A stretch of DNA of 63,961 bases, filler included, from Reticulomyxa filosa (GCA_000512085.1; 21 parts of 21 records of this genome joined end to end with filler, not necessarily neighbours in it), one strand, 5' to 3'; positions 1-12,868 are shown, counted from the first letter of the whole stretch. Made by a program: numbers and translations. Notes: generated by a model not told the origin, from the letters alone.

Positions 1-207
1 AATGAAATACTTGTATAAACTATTTCATGCTAGACTTTTGAAGACATTTGAGTATTTTTGGACTATTTTTCTTTTTACCGGCATCATGGTTTTTGATTTA
101 GTAAAAACGTAGTTTTACTTTGTTTATTTTGTAAACACAAACCATTTTCGTGCAAATTCCATTAATGAGATACTTGTATCAACTATTTCGTAGTCAACTT
201 TTAAAAG
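1..207 (+). repeat. Imperfect ~44-bp direct repeat (1-44 and 164-207)
   Basis: aatgaaatacttgtataaactatttc... versus aatgagatacttgtatcaactatttc... Confidence 0.7.
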
Positions 208-249
208 TCAACACAGATATTTTGCTTGATAATTTTTTTTTATTATAGC

Positions 250-403
250 TTGTTAGGAATTCACACGCCTGGTTGAAGATTTGGGGCGCCCCTTTGGGGT
301 CTAACCATTTGGTCCAGGGTTAACGTGTTGATATGTGAGAGTGCTTTGTGCTCAAAGTGCTTGGTAAGCCCATCCTAGCAATGACAAGCGCTTAGACTTG
401 TCA
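250..403 (+). ncRNA. Candidate structured ncRNA, family unassigned
   Basis: GC-enriched island in AT-rich DNA with no ORF. Closing stem 250-258/373-381, 10-bp hairpin 339-348/353-362, terminal hairpin 382-388/397-403. G-U wobbles fit the + strand. Confidence 0.5.
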
Positions 404-1062
404 CCAAAATATTTTCTTTACATACAAGTTCATGCAAGTAAAAAATTATTATTTTGCCATGTCCCAATTTGAAATAGTAGCAACGAGATGAAGTTGTTAT
501 TGAAAGACAACGTTAAATGTAATACAAAAACTCTTTAACTCTTCTAAGTAATTTACAATAAAAGACAAATTGATTAAATAAAGAAAAAACAAATGGAAAG
601 TACGATTTAAGTGGAAAACAAAGACTTGAAAGTAAAGTGCACTATGGTTAAAAAAAAGGGATTCCAAGTTTACTTGGATTTTCGTATGATTAGTGATATT
701 ACTAAACTTTTTATTTTTATAACTGAACATAAATTAAACGAATAAATGCTATTACAACTTCAACAAACTAAACTTTTAAAAGTTTTATTAAAAATTTTGT
801 ACTCATAATATAAAATTCTCTTAAAAAAAAGGAAAAAGCATAATAATAATTCAGCAACATGAATAGTCACGAGTAATCAAAGTGTAATACAAAAATCTTT
901 TAAAAAACAAATAGAACAAAAGCAAGATCTTAGTGATACAGCTTCTTTTTACGAGTTGAAGACTTCCTCGACTTACTTGTCTCTTCAAATCATTTCTCAA
1001 TACTTTCTTGCTTCAAATATAAAATCTTCATTTATGGAGATCGTGAAAAAAAGAATTGTTAT

Positions 1063-1162
1063 NNNNNNNNNNNNNNNNNNNNNNNNNNNNNNNNNNNNNN
1101 NNNNNNTTAATTAATTAANNNNNNNNNNNNNNNNNNNNNNNNNNNNNNNNNNNNNNNNNNNN
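1063..1162. other. Artificial contig linker (N44-TTAATTAATTAA-N44), the first of 20 in the window
   Basis: Identical spacer with stops in all six frames. Others start at 2483, 5480, 7271, 10571, 12970, 18549, 22388, 23488, 25991, 27126, 31013, 34189, 37464, 40990, 42507, 45683, 47598, 49185 and 61525. Confidence 0.98.
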
Positions 1163-1163
1163 G

Positions 1164-1322
1164 GCAGCAGAAGGCATTCAGGCGCCTTTCGACCAGGAAA
1201 TCGTCAAGAAAGAAGGCCGCAGCCGCGTGCAAGCTACCATCGCCGCGCTGAAAAAGCAGGCCGGCAGCCTGGTAGAAGCCGCCAAGGCACTGGGCATCAA
1301 GAAACTGAACGTCAACGGCTAA
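1164..1322 (+). CDS. Imelysin-family (IrpA/IcmP-like) protein, C-terminal fragment; bacterial
   Basis: Manual translation AAEGIQAPFDQEIVKKEGRSRVQATIAALKKQAGSLVEAAKALGIKKLNVNG*. PFDQ motif and the known adjacency of imelysins to di-heme oxidoreductase genes. Confidence 0.75.
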   Translation, partial: AAEGIQAPFDQEIVKKEGRSRVQATIAALKKQAGSLVEAAKALGIKKLNVNG

Positions 1323-1349
1323 GCCGCACCGCACACCACCACCCGCCAG

Positions 1350-1376
1350 CCCGCCTGCACCCGCAGGCGGGTGTTT
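1350..1376 (+). terminator. Intergenic GC-rich hairpin (weak terminator or mRNA stabiliser)
   Basis: cccgcctgc-accc-gcaggcggg followed by tgttt. Confidence 0.55.
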
Positions 1377-1398
1377 GCATTGCACCGGAAAACACTAC

Positions 1399-2482
1399 AT
1401 GCAAAACAGATACTTATCCATTGCGGCCACGCTGGGTGGCACCGCCGCAGTACTGGGCACGCTGGGCTTTACCAACGCACCAGAGATCGCCCCGTACCAG
1501 GACGGCGACGAAAAGCTGGGCGGCAACACCACCGTGTACGAAGTTGGCCGCAACGCCTTCTCGTTGCCTGCGGCCAACATGGCCAGCGACCGCCAGACCC
1601 GCTTCTTTGTCGGTAACTCTTTCTTCAAGAAAGCCTGGGTAGAAGCGCCATCGTCCACCACTGCCCGCGACGGCCTGGGCCCGCACTTCATCGCCCGCTC
1701 CTGCGGTGCCTGTCACGCGCTGGACGGCCGGGGCGCCACGCCCGCGTTTGAAAACGGCCTGCAGGCCGAGCAGCCGATGGCGCTGCTGTTCCGCCTGTCT
1801 ATCCCCGGCAAGTCAGGCGGCACCGCCAACGAGCCAACGTACGGCGGCCAGTTCAACAACGACGCTATCCCCGGCGTGAAGCCAGAAGGCAAGGTGGCGA
1901 TTAGCTACACCGAACAGCCAGGCCGCTTCGCCGACGGCGAAAGCTACAGCCTGCGCCAGCCGAGCTACCGCTTTACCGACCTGGGCTACGGCGCCATGCA
2001 CCCGCAAGTACAAGTGTCGCCACGCATTGCTCCGCAAGTGATCGGCCTGGGCCTGCTGGAAGCCATCCGCGAGCAGGACATCCTGGCCAACGCCAAGGCG
2101 CAAGCTGCCGCTGGCCAGGGCATCAGCGGTCGCCCCAATACGTGTACGACGCCTACGCCGGCAAGCGCCTGATCGGCCGCTACGGCTGGAAGGCCAACGT
2201 CGCCACCGTCGCACACCAGAGCGCCGGCGCCTTCCTGGGCGATATCGGCATCACTTCGCCCAAATTCCCGAAGGAAGAATGCATGCCGGCCCAGCGCGAC
2301 TGCCTGAAGGCACCGCACGGCGGCAAGCCGGAGATTCCGGCCAGCAAGATGAACGATGTGATCTTATACACCCAGACACTGGCCGTTCCGGCCCAGCGTG
2401 ACGCCGACACCTTCGAGGTACGCCGCGGCAAGCTGTTGTTTGCCCAGGCACAGTGCACCACCTGCCACACCCCGAGCTACAC
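1399..2482 (+). CDS. Di-heme oxidoreductase family (thiol oxidoreductase-like) protein, 3'-partial, frameshift near 2140; bacterial
   Basis: GLGPHF..SCGACH and CTTCH heme-binding CxxCH motifs, YGGQ, IGLGLLEAI, GRYGWKA. ORFs 1375-2172 and 2142-2534 are consecutive parts of one protein. High GC. Confidence 0.88.
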
Positions 2483-2582
2483 NNNNNNNNNNNNNNNNNN
2501 NNNNNNNNNNNNNNNNNNNNNNNNNNTTAATTAATTAANNNNNNNNNNNNNNNNNNNNNNNNNNNNNNNNNNNNNNNNNNNN

Positions 2583-4011
2583 GCCCTTTGAAAGTGGGGA
2601 TGTGATGGAAGCAAGACGAAATACAAGAGCTGAAGAGCTTTTGGAGTGGCTCCATCAAAAATGAAAAAGGCTCATGGAAATGGGAGTACGCGCCAATGGC
2701 TCCAAGTTATGATACAGTGGCACAATGGTGCAAAGCGCAACAACGAACAACAACAGCAGCAGCAGCAGCAGCAGCAACATCAACAAGCAAAGACGTCCCT
2801 CGCAGTTATGTCATGGGAGCAAGACAATAAAATGTTTACCATTGCAAAGCCTGAATGATCCAATCCTCCTTGCACTGCAGCATCGTACCAAGCGTTGGGA
2901 CTCACAGACAACCTTGTCTTGAGTATAATGTCACCTCGCTTTGATGAAAGGTTCTCAAAGCATTTCCTGCGGTTGAAAACGCCGAGGATCGACAGCCTCC
3001 ATCCTTTGCAAAGACGGAGGAGATATTCCACTATATCAATGAAGCAGTCCAAAGAGGCTATGAGAACATTGCACGAAGAAAATGAAGGAAAAGGACAAAA
3101 AGAGCAACTCCGAACAAACAAACGCAATGGCGAAGAGGAGGAGGAGAAAGAGAAGGATGACGAAGAGGGGAAGAAGTTGTCCAACACTAGTGCCTCCACT
3201 GTTCAACAAAATGGAGTCCTTTCGGAACACTCGCAAGATATCTTGTCACAACCGACAATTGATCCACGTGGTCTGGTAGAAGCGACCACAGCAGCAGCAG
3301 GCGCGTGTATGGAATCGACCCAGTATCGATATATTAAGCACATGGAAAAGCAAAGACAAGACAGCCAAGGCAACAATCCGATGAATCAATTGGTGCAAGA
3401 GTTGCACGCCATGGACTCCCCGCTCAGGCGTGCTCGTGCGCAAAATGTGCCTCACTCCAAACTCAATGTCACAGCGTTCAACACATTACCATGGCAAGTA
3501 TCGAAGTTTAGTGCTATTCTATGTTATATATGTATATACATATATGTGTATGTATATGTTTACATATTTGTTTTTTTTTTAAAAAAAAAAAAACAAAACA
3601 AAACAAAGATCCTGTGCAGCAGTCGCAAAGACTTGTCCCCAGATCCTAGCTTTGATGCGGTGTTGGCAGTGGCAATAACCATTGCTCACAATGAAGAGAT
3701 TATCCAAAACACCATTTTGCTCAAATCCTCTCCAGAACATCACCAACTCTGTTTTGTGTACATACGTGCATATGTACGTATACTTTTTTTTTGTAGCTCC
3801 AAACCATCCCAAAAAAATATCCAAAAAAAAAAAAGTAACTAGAAACAACAATCACATTTTGCGCGTTCTGTCCAAACGAGTCGGTGAAAAAGTGGAGCTC
3901 ATCTCTTTTACCGAAGAAGAGAAGCTGTTGAGCGCGTTTGTCGATGTTATTCGATTTTGGGACCCTGACATTCTGGTAATTAAAAAAAAAAATAAAATCA
4001 TGTAACCTATT

Positions 4012-4051
<40 letters not shown>

Positions 4052-5438
4052 GATTGGATGGGAAATTGAAAAGCAGTCCATTGGCTATTTGATCGACCGC
4101 GGGAAGCAAATGGGGATGAAGACAATAGTGGACGAGATAGGCCGCATCCGAGGCTGCGGCCCGAAAGCAGGGAAGCAGATAAGAAAGCGCCGCAAGGAAG
4201 GTGCAAAAGACTCGGAGACAGAGGAAAAAGCCAAAGTATCGGAAGTGGAGGTGGCGGGTAGGATTGTGCTGAATTTGTGGCGCTGTATGCGACGTGAGAT
4301 TAAGCTGAATACGTATACTCGCGAAAATGTGACATTCCACTTGCTAAACGGAGAAAGAGTCCCTCATTATGGAGTCGAGCAAATGTGCCATTGGTACCAC
4401 GAGGACAGCGTGACAGGGGACCATCGCAAGTTGAAGGTGCTGCGATTCTTGTTGCGATACAGCGTGAACAACGTGCTGATGGTGCAAGAGGTCGACTTGG
4501 TCGATCGCACCAGCGAAATGGCAAGAGTCATCGGCATCGACTTTGCATCTGTGTTATCGCGAGGGTCACAATTCCGAGTCGAATCCTTGCTCCTACGTAT
4601 CGCCAAGCCACTTGGTTATGCCATGATTTCACCTTCCAGAGAACAAGTTGCAAATCAGCCAGCGATGGAGGTACTTCTTTTTTTTTTTTTTTTTGGAGTC
4701 TGTGTGTATATGTTTAGAAGGAGGGAGGAAAAAGTTTTATTAACATATTTAATACCCCCCCCCTCCCCTCCAAAAAAAAAGTGCATTCCATTAGTGATGG
4801 AGCCAGAAAGCCGAGTGTATACAGACCCCGTGATTGTGCTGGACTTTCAATCGTTGTATCCGTCGATAATGATGGCTTACAACATTTGCTACAGCACCTG
4901 CTTGGGCCGCGTGAGCGACCCGCTGCCCACGCAATTAGGAGTGTCATCGTATACGTGCCTCTATCTCGGCACGCTGATTCGCTCGTGTCTTGATCGCTGC
5001 GACAAAGATGACGTCGCAAAGGCAGTGCGTGACAAAGTGTGGATATCGCCCAATGGAGTCATGTTTTTGAAACGGCATGTACGTCCTGGAGTGGTATGTC
5101 GGATGCTCGAAGAGCTGCTGCAAACTAGAGTCATGACCAAAGATATCATGCAGCAAGTGCGAGGGGATAAAAAAACTTGTTCGATTTAAACGCGAGACAG
5201 TTTGCTTTGAAGCTCATTTGCAATGTCACCTACGGCTATGTTGCTGCTGGCTTTAGCGGCAGAATGCCTTGCGCGGAAATTGCTGACGCCATTGTGCAAA
5301 CGGCACGACAGACTTTGGAGCGAGCTATTGACACCATCGATCGACATCCGACGTGGAACGCCAAAGTTGTCTATGGTGATACCGATAGTGTCTTTGTGTT
5401 GTTGAATGGAAGAAGTCGAGCACAAGCCTTTCAAATTG
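2583..5438 (+). CDS. REV3: DNA polymerase zeta catalytic subunit (multi-exon, partial; frameshift near 5170-5190)
   Basis: PolB motifs LDFQSLYPSIMMAYNICYSTCLG, RQFALKLICNVTYGY..FSGRMPC and YGDTDS. REV3-type SRGSQFRVES, AME|CIPLVMEP and DPDIL|IGWE joined across GT-AG introns. Confidence 0.93.
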
Positions 5439-5781
5439 GTTTATATATTTTTCTGACAATAAAAAAAAAAAAAAAAAAANNNNNNNNNNNNNNNNNNNNN
5501 NNNNNNNNNNNNNNNNNNNNNNNTTAATTAATTAANNNNNNNNNNNNNNNNNNNNNNNNNNNNNNNNNNNNNNNNNNNNTTTTTTTTTTGAGAAGAAGTA
5601 GTTATTCGATTCAATTGTTTTTTTTTTTTTTTTGTCACTTGTTCCTGTTGCGCTCCCCTTTTGGCTTTTTCGCACTCATGAGAGGCCATGTTTTTTTTTC
5701 AATTTTTTTTTGTGGGTGACACCCTAGAAGCGATACATATATAAGAGTTTGAATTTTGCGAATTATTGTGTGGGAGAATAG

Positions 5782-6652
5782 TCGTTTTTGTATCAATTGT
5801 GCGATGGCATTCATTACTGCCATAAACAACACGTATTGCACCGGGACTTAAAGCCACAAAATTTGCTCCTTACGAATGTTACGTTGTATTTTTTTTTTTT
5901 TTTGCTTTTGCTTGGTTAGGCATTTAATATGAAGGCAATAAAACTTAATCTTTTTTTAAATAAAAAAAAAAAAAAAAAGGAAAGGACAATTGAAATTGGC
6001 GGATTTTGGCTTGGCGAGAGCATTTGGGATCCCTGTAAGGTCCTTCACACACGAAGTGGTGACACTGTGGTACAGGCCACCAGACGTGCTGCTGGGGTCA
6101 AAGCATTACAACACAAGCGTGGACATGTGGTCGATAGGATGCATTTTCGCAGAAATGTTGACAGGGCGCCCGCTGTTCCCGGGAACTTCCGAGAAAGATC
6201 AGCTGCACAAAATCTTTCAATTGCTTGGCACACCCACCACGGATGTCTGGTCTGGAATGGAGAACTTACCACAATACAAAGTTTATATTTATAATATATA
6301 TATTTATTTATATAGAAATATATAAATATGTTATGACATTGACTTATATGTTCCTTTTTTTTCCGATTGACACAAAAGTTTTTAATATTGCAAATATAAT
6401 AATGGGTCAAAGCCTGACTTTCCAATTTACGAAGCCAAAGATTTGGGTAAACTATTTACAATGTTAGATAGTACTGGTGTTGACATATTAAAATCCTTTT
6501 TGCAACATGATCCCGACAAAAGAATTAGTGCGGCTGAAGCAATGAATCATCCCTTTTTGGCTGATGTAAGGAGACTTTATAAAAAACAACTCAAGCAACT
6601 TCAAATGAAGCACAACAAAGAAGGTGAAGTGGAAATGAATGTGAAAGAGTAA
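5782..6652 (+). CDS. Cyclin-dependent kinase (CDK5/PHO85/CDC2-like), 5'-partial, 3 exons
   Basis: [61 protein letters not shown]. Confidence 0.93.
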
Positions 6653-7529
6653 TTCAAAACGTAAATAACGCATGGCCATTTTGTCAGAGGCAAATTGTTT
6701 TTCGAATGAATTTGTTTTTCGAATGAATTGAAAATGTTTTTTATTTTGTTTGTTTTACTTCAAATGTTTTTGATTTTGTCTTTTTTTTGTTGTTATCATT
6801 TTTTTTTTCTGCAAGAGTTTATATCCTTTATTCAATTAAAAAATGTTTTGATTTTGTTATGAATCTTTGACGTGCCTTTTGTGCTTGTTGAACAGAATGA
6901 AAGAAAATTGACACTAAATCAACAAATAAAAAAAAGTTGTATTTTTAACATTGATCCACTGGTTCATCTCTTGCTGTGTCGTCCTTGTTGTGTACACCCA
7001 TTTGGATTAAAAAATTCTTGCACTTTCGATATTGTTGCGTACTTTTTGTTAAAAAAAGATTCCTTATTTTTTTATTTTAAAATTTTTTCCCGTAGTTTAT
7101 CTTCCGCGCACACGTGTATCCCCCTTAAAATGATTACTGTTCGAACTGAACGTCTCCTTTCCAAAAAACTCAACAAACTTTCTTTTATCTTTTATTAGTG
7201 AATTACTTTTATCACACATATAACTGATCTTTTGTTATAGTTTCAACAATATTTTTAATAAATGAAATATNNNNNNNNNNNNNNNNNNNNNNNNNNNNNN
7301 NNNNNNNNNNNNNNTTAATTAATTAANNNNNNNNNNNNNNNNNNNNNNNNNNNNNNNNNNNNNNNNNNNNTTCTTCTTCTTCTTCTTCTTCTCTTACTTG
7401 CAAACTTCTCTCCTTTTTTTTTTTTAATAATGTTTTGGGGTCTTTTTTTTTTTATTTATTTATTCCCACAACCTCTCCTTGCATTTTTGTTTGTTTTGGT
7501 GCTCGATCTGGGGTAAGGTCACATACATA

Positions 7530-7778
7530 CATGTAGTGACTGAATACACTTTTCAAAGTCTTCCCACTTTTGCTTCCATTTCCCTGCCCAATCTTTCCTG
7601 CTTTGTGACGCTTCTTTTTTGCACTTTTCCATTTTTGCTGATGCTGTCTCTTTTTTTATCATATTCGATTCTTGGATCTTTTTCATCAATTGCTCATATA
7701 GTTGCTGGACGTGTTGATCCTTATTTCTTTTTTTTTTTTTTTTTCACACGCACACGCACATCCTTTTTTTTTTTGGTT

Positions 7779-7809
<31 letters not shown>

Positions 7810-7955
7810 GACAAACACCGAACCAAACTCCTCTGATGTTTCTCGAGAAACATCGCTTTGTCTAACAGAGCCATTCGACTTGTTCGCGTCATGGCCCAGA
7901 AAGAGTTTCGACTATTCAGTTTGAGGCGTTTGCTACTAGGTTCTCCCAACTCCAT
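7530..7955 (-). CDS. Hypothetical coiled-coil protein, partial, multi-exon
   Basis: ORF 7686-7958 plus a downstream K/E/Q-rich exon-like segment. No motif recognised. Confidence 0.4.
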
Positions 7956-8584
7956 CAATACCCTCTTAATGGAGTTTTTCTCTTTTTGGTTGCTCCTTGC
8001 TAATTTTTTTCTCTTTTAAAGCGTAAAAACCTTGCGTTTGTACTGCTGTTGAATAATCTTGCACTTTAAAAAAGGCGTACATTATGAAGTATTTTCCTTT
8101 TTTTAGTAATATATCCACTTGTATTTATTCAAACTATAAAAAGTACTGTTATTTCAAATCGACTTTTTACGTTTGCTGTGCCCATTTAAGGCAATGATTA
8201 TAAGGCTTTTTTTTTCCGTTATTTTTTGTTACTGACTTATAATTGTCCTAACATTCAGACAGACATTAAGGCTCTATCAACAAAGACGAAAACAGAGCAT
8301 GCTTAGCATTTAGGGATTGAAATGTTTTGTATTAAGACGAAAGCGAAACATCTTCCAAGCTCAGTAATATTTCAACAAAAGTAAGCCATTTTTGTAGATT
8401 AACTTTGAAACAGTGACAAATTTTGTTGCAGCATTGCCATTTCTCTCTCATTTTAAAAAAAAAAGATAACTTTTCAATATTATGTCAATTTGAAATTTTA
8501 TTCTTTGCTTTTGTGAATTAAAAAAAAAATATTGAGAATATTCATGAGCATTCAATTGTGATATTGACGGTGAAGACATTTGCA

Positions 8585-10570
8585 TTACTTGGTCTTTGCA
8601 TTGTCGTCGTGAATTGAAAGATGGTTTGTGTTCGACACAATTTCCGGAATCAATGATTTTATAAATTGATACAAACCAGTTTGAGCATTTTGATTTTGGT
8701 CATTTAAATCCATTGCAACGACAGTTTCGTCTTGATCTCTTTGAGCATTAGAGAAAGATCCGTACTGGGAAATGGCTCCTTGGCCTTTGTACGACGGATC
8801 ATTGGCAGGCGAGCGTATTAACTGTGCCCCATGTATTTGCGAGACACAGACTTCGTCAGTATTTTGATTACTCGTATGATCTACACTATCGCTATTCCGT
8901 TCTCTAACCACGGTCAGCACTTGTCCGTCCTTTATTTGCATATGTAGTTTATGACAACAGCGTAGCACACTAATATTCCAAAGTAAGGTCACCCCGATAC
9001 TCTCCCCTCTTTTGTTATGACATTTATCTGTGATGAGACACTACATACGTACATACATCACATACATACATACGTACATCACATACACGCATACGTACAT
9101 CACACATACATACATTTTTGACGTGTTCGACAAATAGGTTTTTGGGATCCGAGACATATGGCATTGAGGAGATATTATCTAAAAAAGGAAAACTACCTAT
9201 TGCAGTTGTCGCATTTTGATTGTCATGATGAGTCGAAATGCCACTATCCAAATAAAGTTCAGTGAATGGTGACACGTCCAATCGGAGCGCCGGAGACACC
9301 ACCAGCGGTTGTCCCATTGTGATGGTATTGCTAGAGTCGCCTTTGTCACTCACAGAATTACCTGGCTTTTCATTATTGCTTATACAAACTCTGTTGTGCT
9401 TCCTCAAAGCAATTGCAAAAGGGTCATCCACGAGGCACACCCCATCTGCACCAAAAAAAAAAAATATATATATATATATGTAATATGTATATACGTACAT
9501 GTGTGCACGTATATATATATTATATATATACAAATGTACATAACAAAACCTAAGTAAGCATTGTGTAGTTGCCGAGGCTGCACCCGGTCAGGAACATTGC
9601 GAAAGAAGGAGATTCCCCACCGGGGATGGACGACTCTAGGCGGCAAGGGTGTTAGTAACTGGAGGTTCAGACAATCAGTCCAAGCGCCTTTTTCGCGAAT
9701 GATATATTCGAGAGTCAAAATGTGTCGATACATATACTGCAGTAGCCCACGCAAAGTAGTGACCTCCTTGGGATGCGTACGTGGCGACAAGCGTGCAAGT
9801 CGTTGCAAGCAGCGCTGTCTGTAGCGGACCATGTCTTGCAAGTCCTGTCTGTCCTGACTTAAAGACTGAGAAAAGCGTTGCAATTGCCACGAGCAGATGG
9901 ACCGCACATACGCATTGATTTGGTCATTATGCAGCTGCTCGCGATCATCGCGCGAGTGATGGAAGATACTGTGGATATGGAAGGAGTCAAACTCTTGCGG
10001 CGACAATGTAATGAGCCGTAGATATTTGTACAGCGACGGTCGCACTCGGAAGTGCAAAGAATTGGAGTCCAAGAATAAGGTCATTGGTATCGTGCAATCC
10101 ATATGATTGTGTTCGCATACCAACGTGTAATGGAACAAATACTCCAATAAGGCCTGCTTGAATTTGCCATTTGTATCTTGTGGCATCAAGCCCAGCAACA
10201 CGCCAATATTTTCATTCAGCCTCTGGACCACTGTGCTGCGTGCGCTGCATTCTTGCATGTCGACTTCGGCCTGCGTCTGCTTGGGCAAAGGATAGGAATA
10301 GTACGGAGCGAACCGTAGCGGATCCAAAAAGCCATACGTAACAAACGTATCGCTGGACGTATGTCGTCGACCATAGGTGATATGCAGTTCTCCGTTGGGC
10401 ATTATGGGATGGTTCAATTTCAATGATATCGAAAGGATTGGCACTCGTAGTGGATCATCTTTGGCCTCGTCATTTTCTGTCATTGGCGAATGCGAATGTA
10501 CAGATATGTCATGATTGATAAAATCCATTCCACACGGAATCATGGACGAATCTTCTTCTTCTTCTTCTTC
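8585..10570 (-). CDS. SET-domain protein methyltransferase (SETD3/SETD6/Rubisco-LSMT-like), 5'-partial, 3 exons
   Basis: DFINHD...GELHITYG...TFVTYGF (SET C-terminal motifs), followed by a helical substrate-binding-like region (YLRLITLS..., SLSQD..., EK). Confidence 0.75.
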
Positions 10571-10670
10571 NNNNNNNNNNNNNNNNNNNNNNNNNNNNNN
10601 NNNNNNNNNNNNNNTTAATTAATTAANNNNNNNNNNNNNNNNNNNNNNNNNNNNNNNNNNNNNNNNNNNN

Positions 10671-12868
10671 CATAGAAAAAGTAAGAGCAAAGAAAAAGCA
10701 GAACAGTGCCAGTATGGCCATGAGGCTGAGACAAGATATCGTGACAACAATGGTTGTCCACGACGAGCATCCAATGTTCCAACCATTGAGTAGACTGAGA
10801 ACGAGCAGAAGGGACAGTGACAATTTGAGACGAGTGCGACGCAATACGATTGCTCATTGCAGTCGGACGGTCATGACCATGATCTGGAGGGATAATCTTT
10901 TCGAGTATCATGCGAATAGTATCGGAAGCAATCTGGAACGGCAGGTCATGCACCCAGTCTATCAACAGCGGATTTTGCAATGGCGGGTGTGTCATAAACT
11001 CCAAACGTGATTGCGAAAGGGGTTGCGATATGGACGCTTCGGAACCTTTGTCATCAGGACAGCCATTTGGCGAATGGAACAAACGTGGAAACGAATTCCA
11101 AGTCATGTTTTGGAGCCAGGACTCATGTCCATGTTCCATGGCACACCAATGCGAATGGCAGACGGACTCGGCGTCATTCCATTCTTTCGACAATGCATGG
11201 ATGCAACAATCGTCGACATCGTCGTCTACACAATTTATTGTCTGGCCACACGTAGCAGCATTGATACCCGCCATTCGCTCCAATATGCTATGTCGGTTGG
11301 CTCCAAACTTGGCCTCCTTTGTCTCACTTACACACGACGTCGGAACATTGCACTCCACTTTATCGTGGTCGTTATTTTCCAAACTGGTGTTCGTCTTTTC
11401 ACTTGGTAATAGACATTTCCATTCTATTATTTATTTATCATTGTCATTATTATTATTATTTTTTTTTTTTTGAAGAAAGAAAGAAGAGAGAGAGGGGCTT
11501 ATTTTGTAAGGTTAAAACATGCACATACATGCATACATACATACATAATATACACACACACATACATACATAATATACACACACACACACACATAACTGC
11601 AATTGGAGTGATAATCAAATGTCTGTTTCGAATTTAACCAAAATTGCATCGCGGACAAAATGCGACGCAAATCCGATGCGAAAACATGCAAGATTTGATC
11701 GATTTGGTCCTTTGCGATCCAAACGCCTTCGCACAAGCCAATCACATGAATGCGCAATGCCAAGTCTCTACTGTTGGGATACTCAAAATGCACCGCTTCG
11801 TGATCAATGTCGTTCATTTTGTTCGGATATTCTTGGTATTCGATTCCATCCAATTGCATTCCATGTTTGTCATTTGTAGTATTCATTAAAGTATTAGTTA
11901 TTACATATTTATCAATCCCCTCCATTCCCCCCCCTTCAAAAAAAAAAAAAAAGATTCAAAAGGAAGAAAGAGTGTCCCTCACGTCTATGCATATACGTAA
12001 CACCATTGGAAGTGAGAACAATAGGCCTGCGTGCAGTTTTCAATACATTGAGCAAGCTTTTTACAAAGCCAGGAATATTTCGAACTAGATTGTCGACTTC
12101 ATCCAACAGAATCAACACCGATCCACGGCGGCTTTCATTTTGTATCTCCGCTTTATTGCCACTTATGAACACCCCCCCCCCCAACGACACAGTGAGGAAA
12201 AAATAAAAATAAAAATAATAAATACAATCCAAGAAACAAACAAACAAAGAATAGAGTATGATTACTCATTGTTCATTTTGCGGCGCTTTCTTGCATGTGA
12301 CGGCGGCTTGTTTGTCAATTTTCTTTTTTTTGCGCACTCGGCTGTGTCTTGAGTCGAACGAGACAAACGCCTAGTCGCTTGGACTTTGACAGAGTTGACC
12401 GAATGCGATTGCGTGGCCTCTCCGATTGCATCCGCTAGCTCTTTCCCGCATGATATGCGAGAACAATTCACCTCTATCACTTTTATATTCAACTCCGCCG
12501 CACATGCATACACGCTGCATGTTTTGCCTGACTTTCAAAAAAAGAATTTTATCACATTGAAAAGACACACCACATATACATATACATATATATATGTATA
12601 TATGTATATACAAATAATTAATAATAATAGTAATAATAAGTAACTCCAATAGGACCACAAAGAAGCATCGCACTAGGCAGCTTAAATTCATCGTTTCCCA
12701 AAGGAGAAGTGAGGGGATCATCCCAATCACAATCCATCCAACCTGCCAATTCGGTTAATTCCAAATAATTCATCTTGGCTTTTTCATCGTCCCAGGCTTT
12801 CAGCCAACGCTTTAATTTTGTCACTGCTTCTAAGTTTCCAATTATCTTTTGTTTATATTCATTCCACA
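10671..12868 (-). CDS. ATAD5: ATAD5/ELG1-like RFC1 paralogue, AAA+ ATPase (multi-exon, partial)
   Basis: LKRWLKAW, Walker A GPIG|SGKT across an intron, VIEVNCS, EATQSH signature, LILLDEVD, RRPIVLTSN, DLRRILSAMQFW. Confidence 0.85.

Noticed and set aside
1063-1162. Regularly recurring TTAATTAATTAA palindrome flanked by Ns
   Set aside because: Artificial concatenation linker. Gene neighbourhoods across linkers are meaningless.
2135-2150. Frameshifts in conserved genes (2140, ~5180, ~38897, ~55085, ~61972) as programmed frameshifting or pseudogenes
   Set aside because: They fall at or next to short homopolymers, and occur in both bacterial and eukaryotic contigs and in essential genes. Sequencing indels are the simplest explanation.
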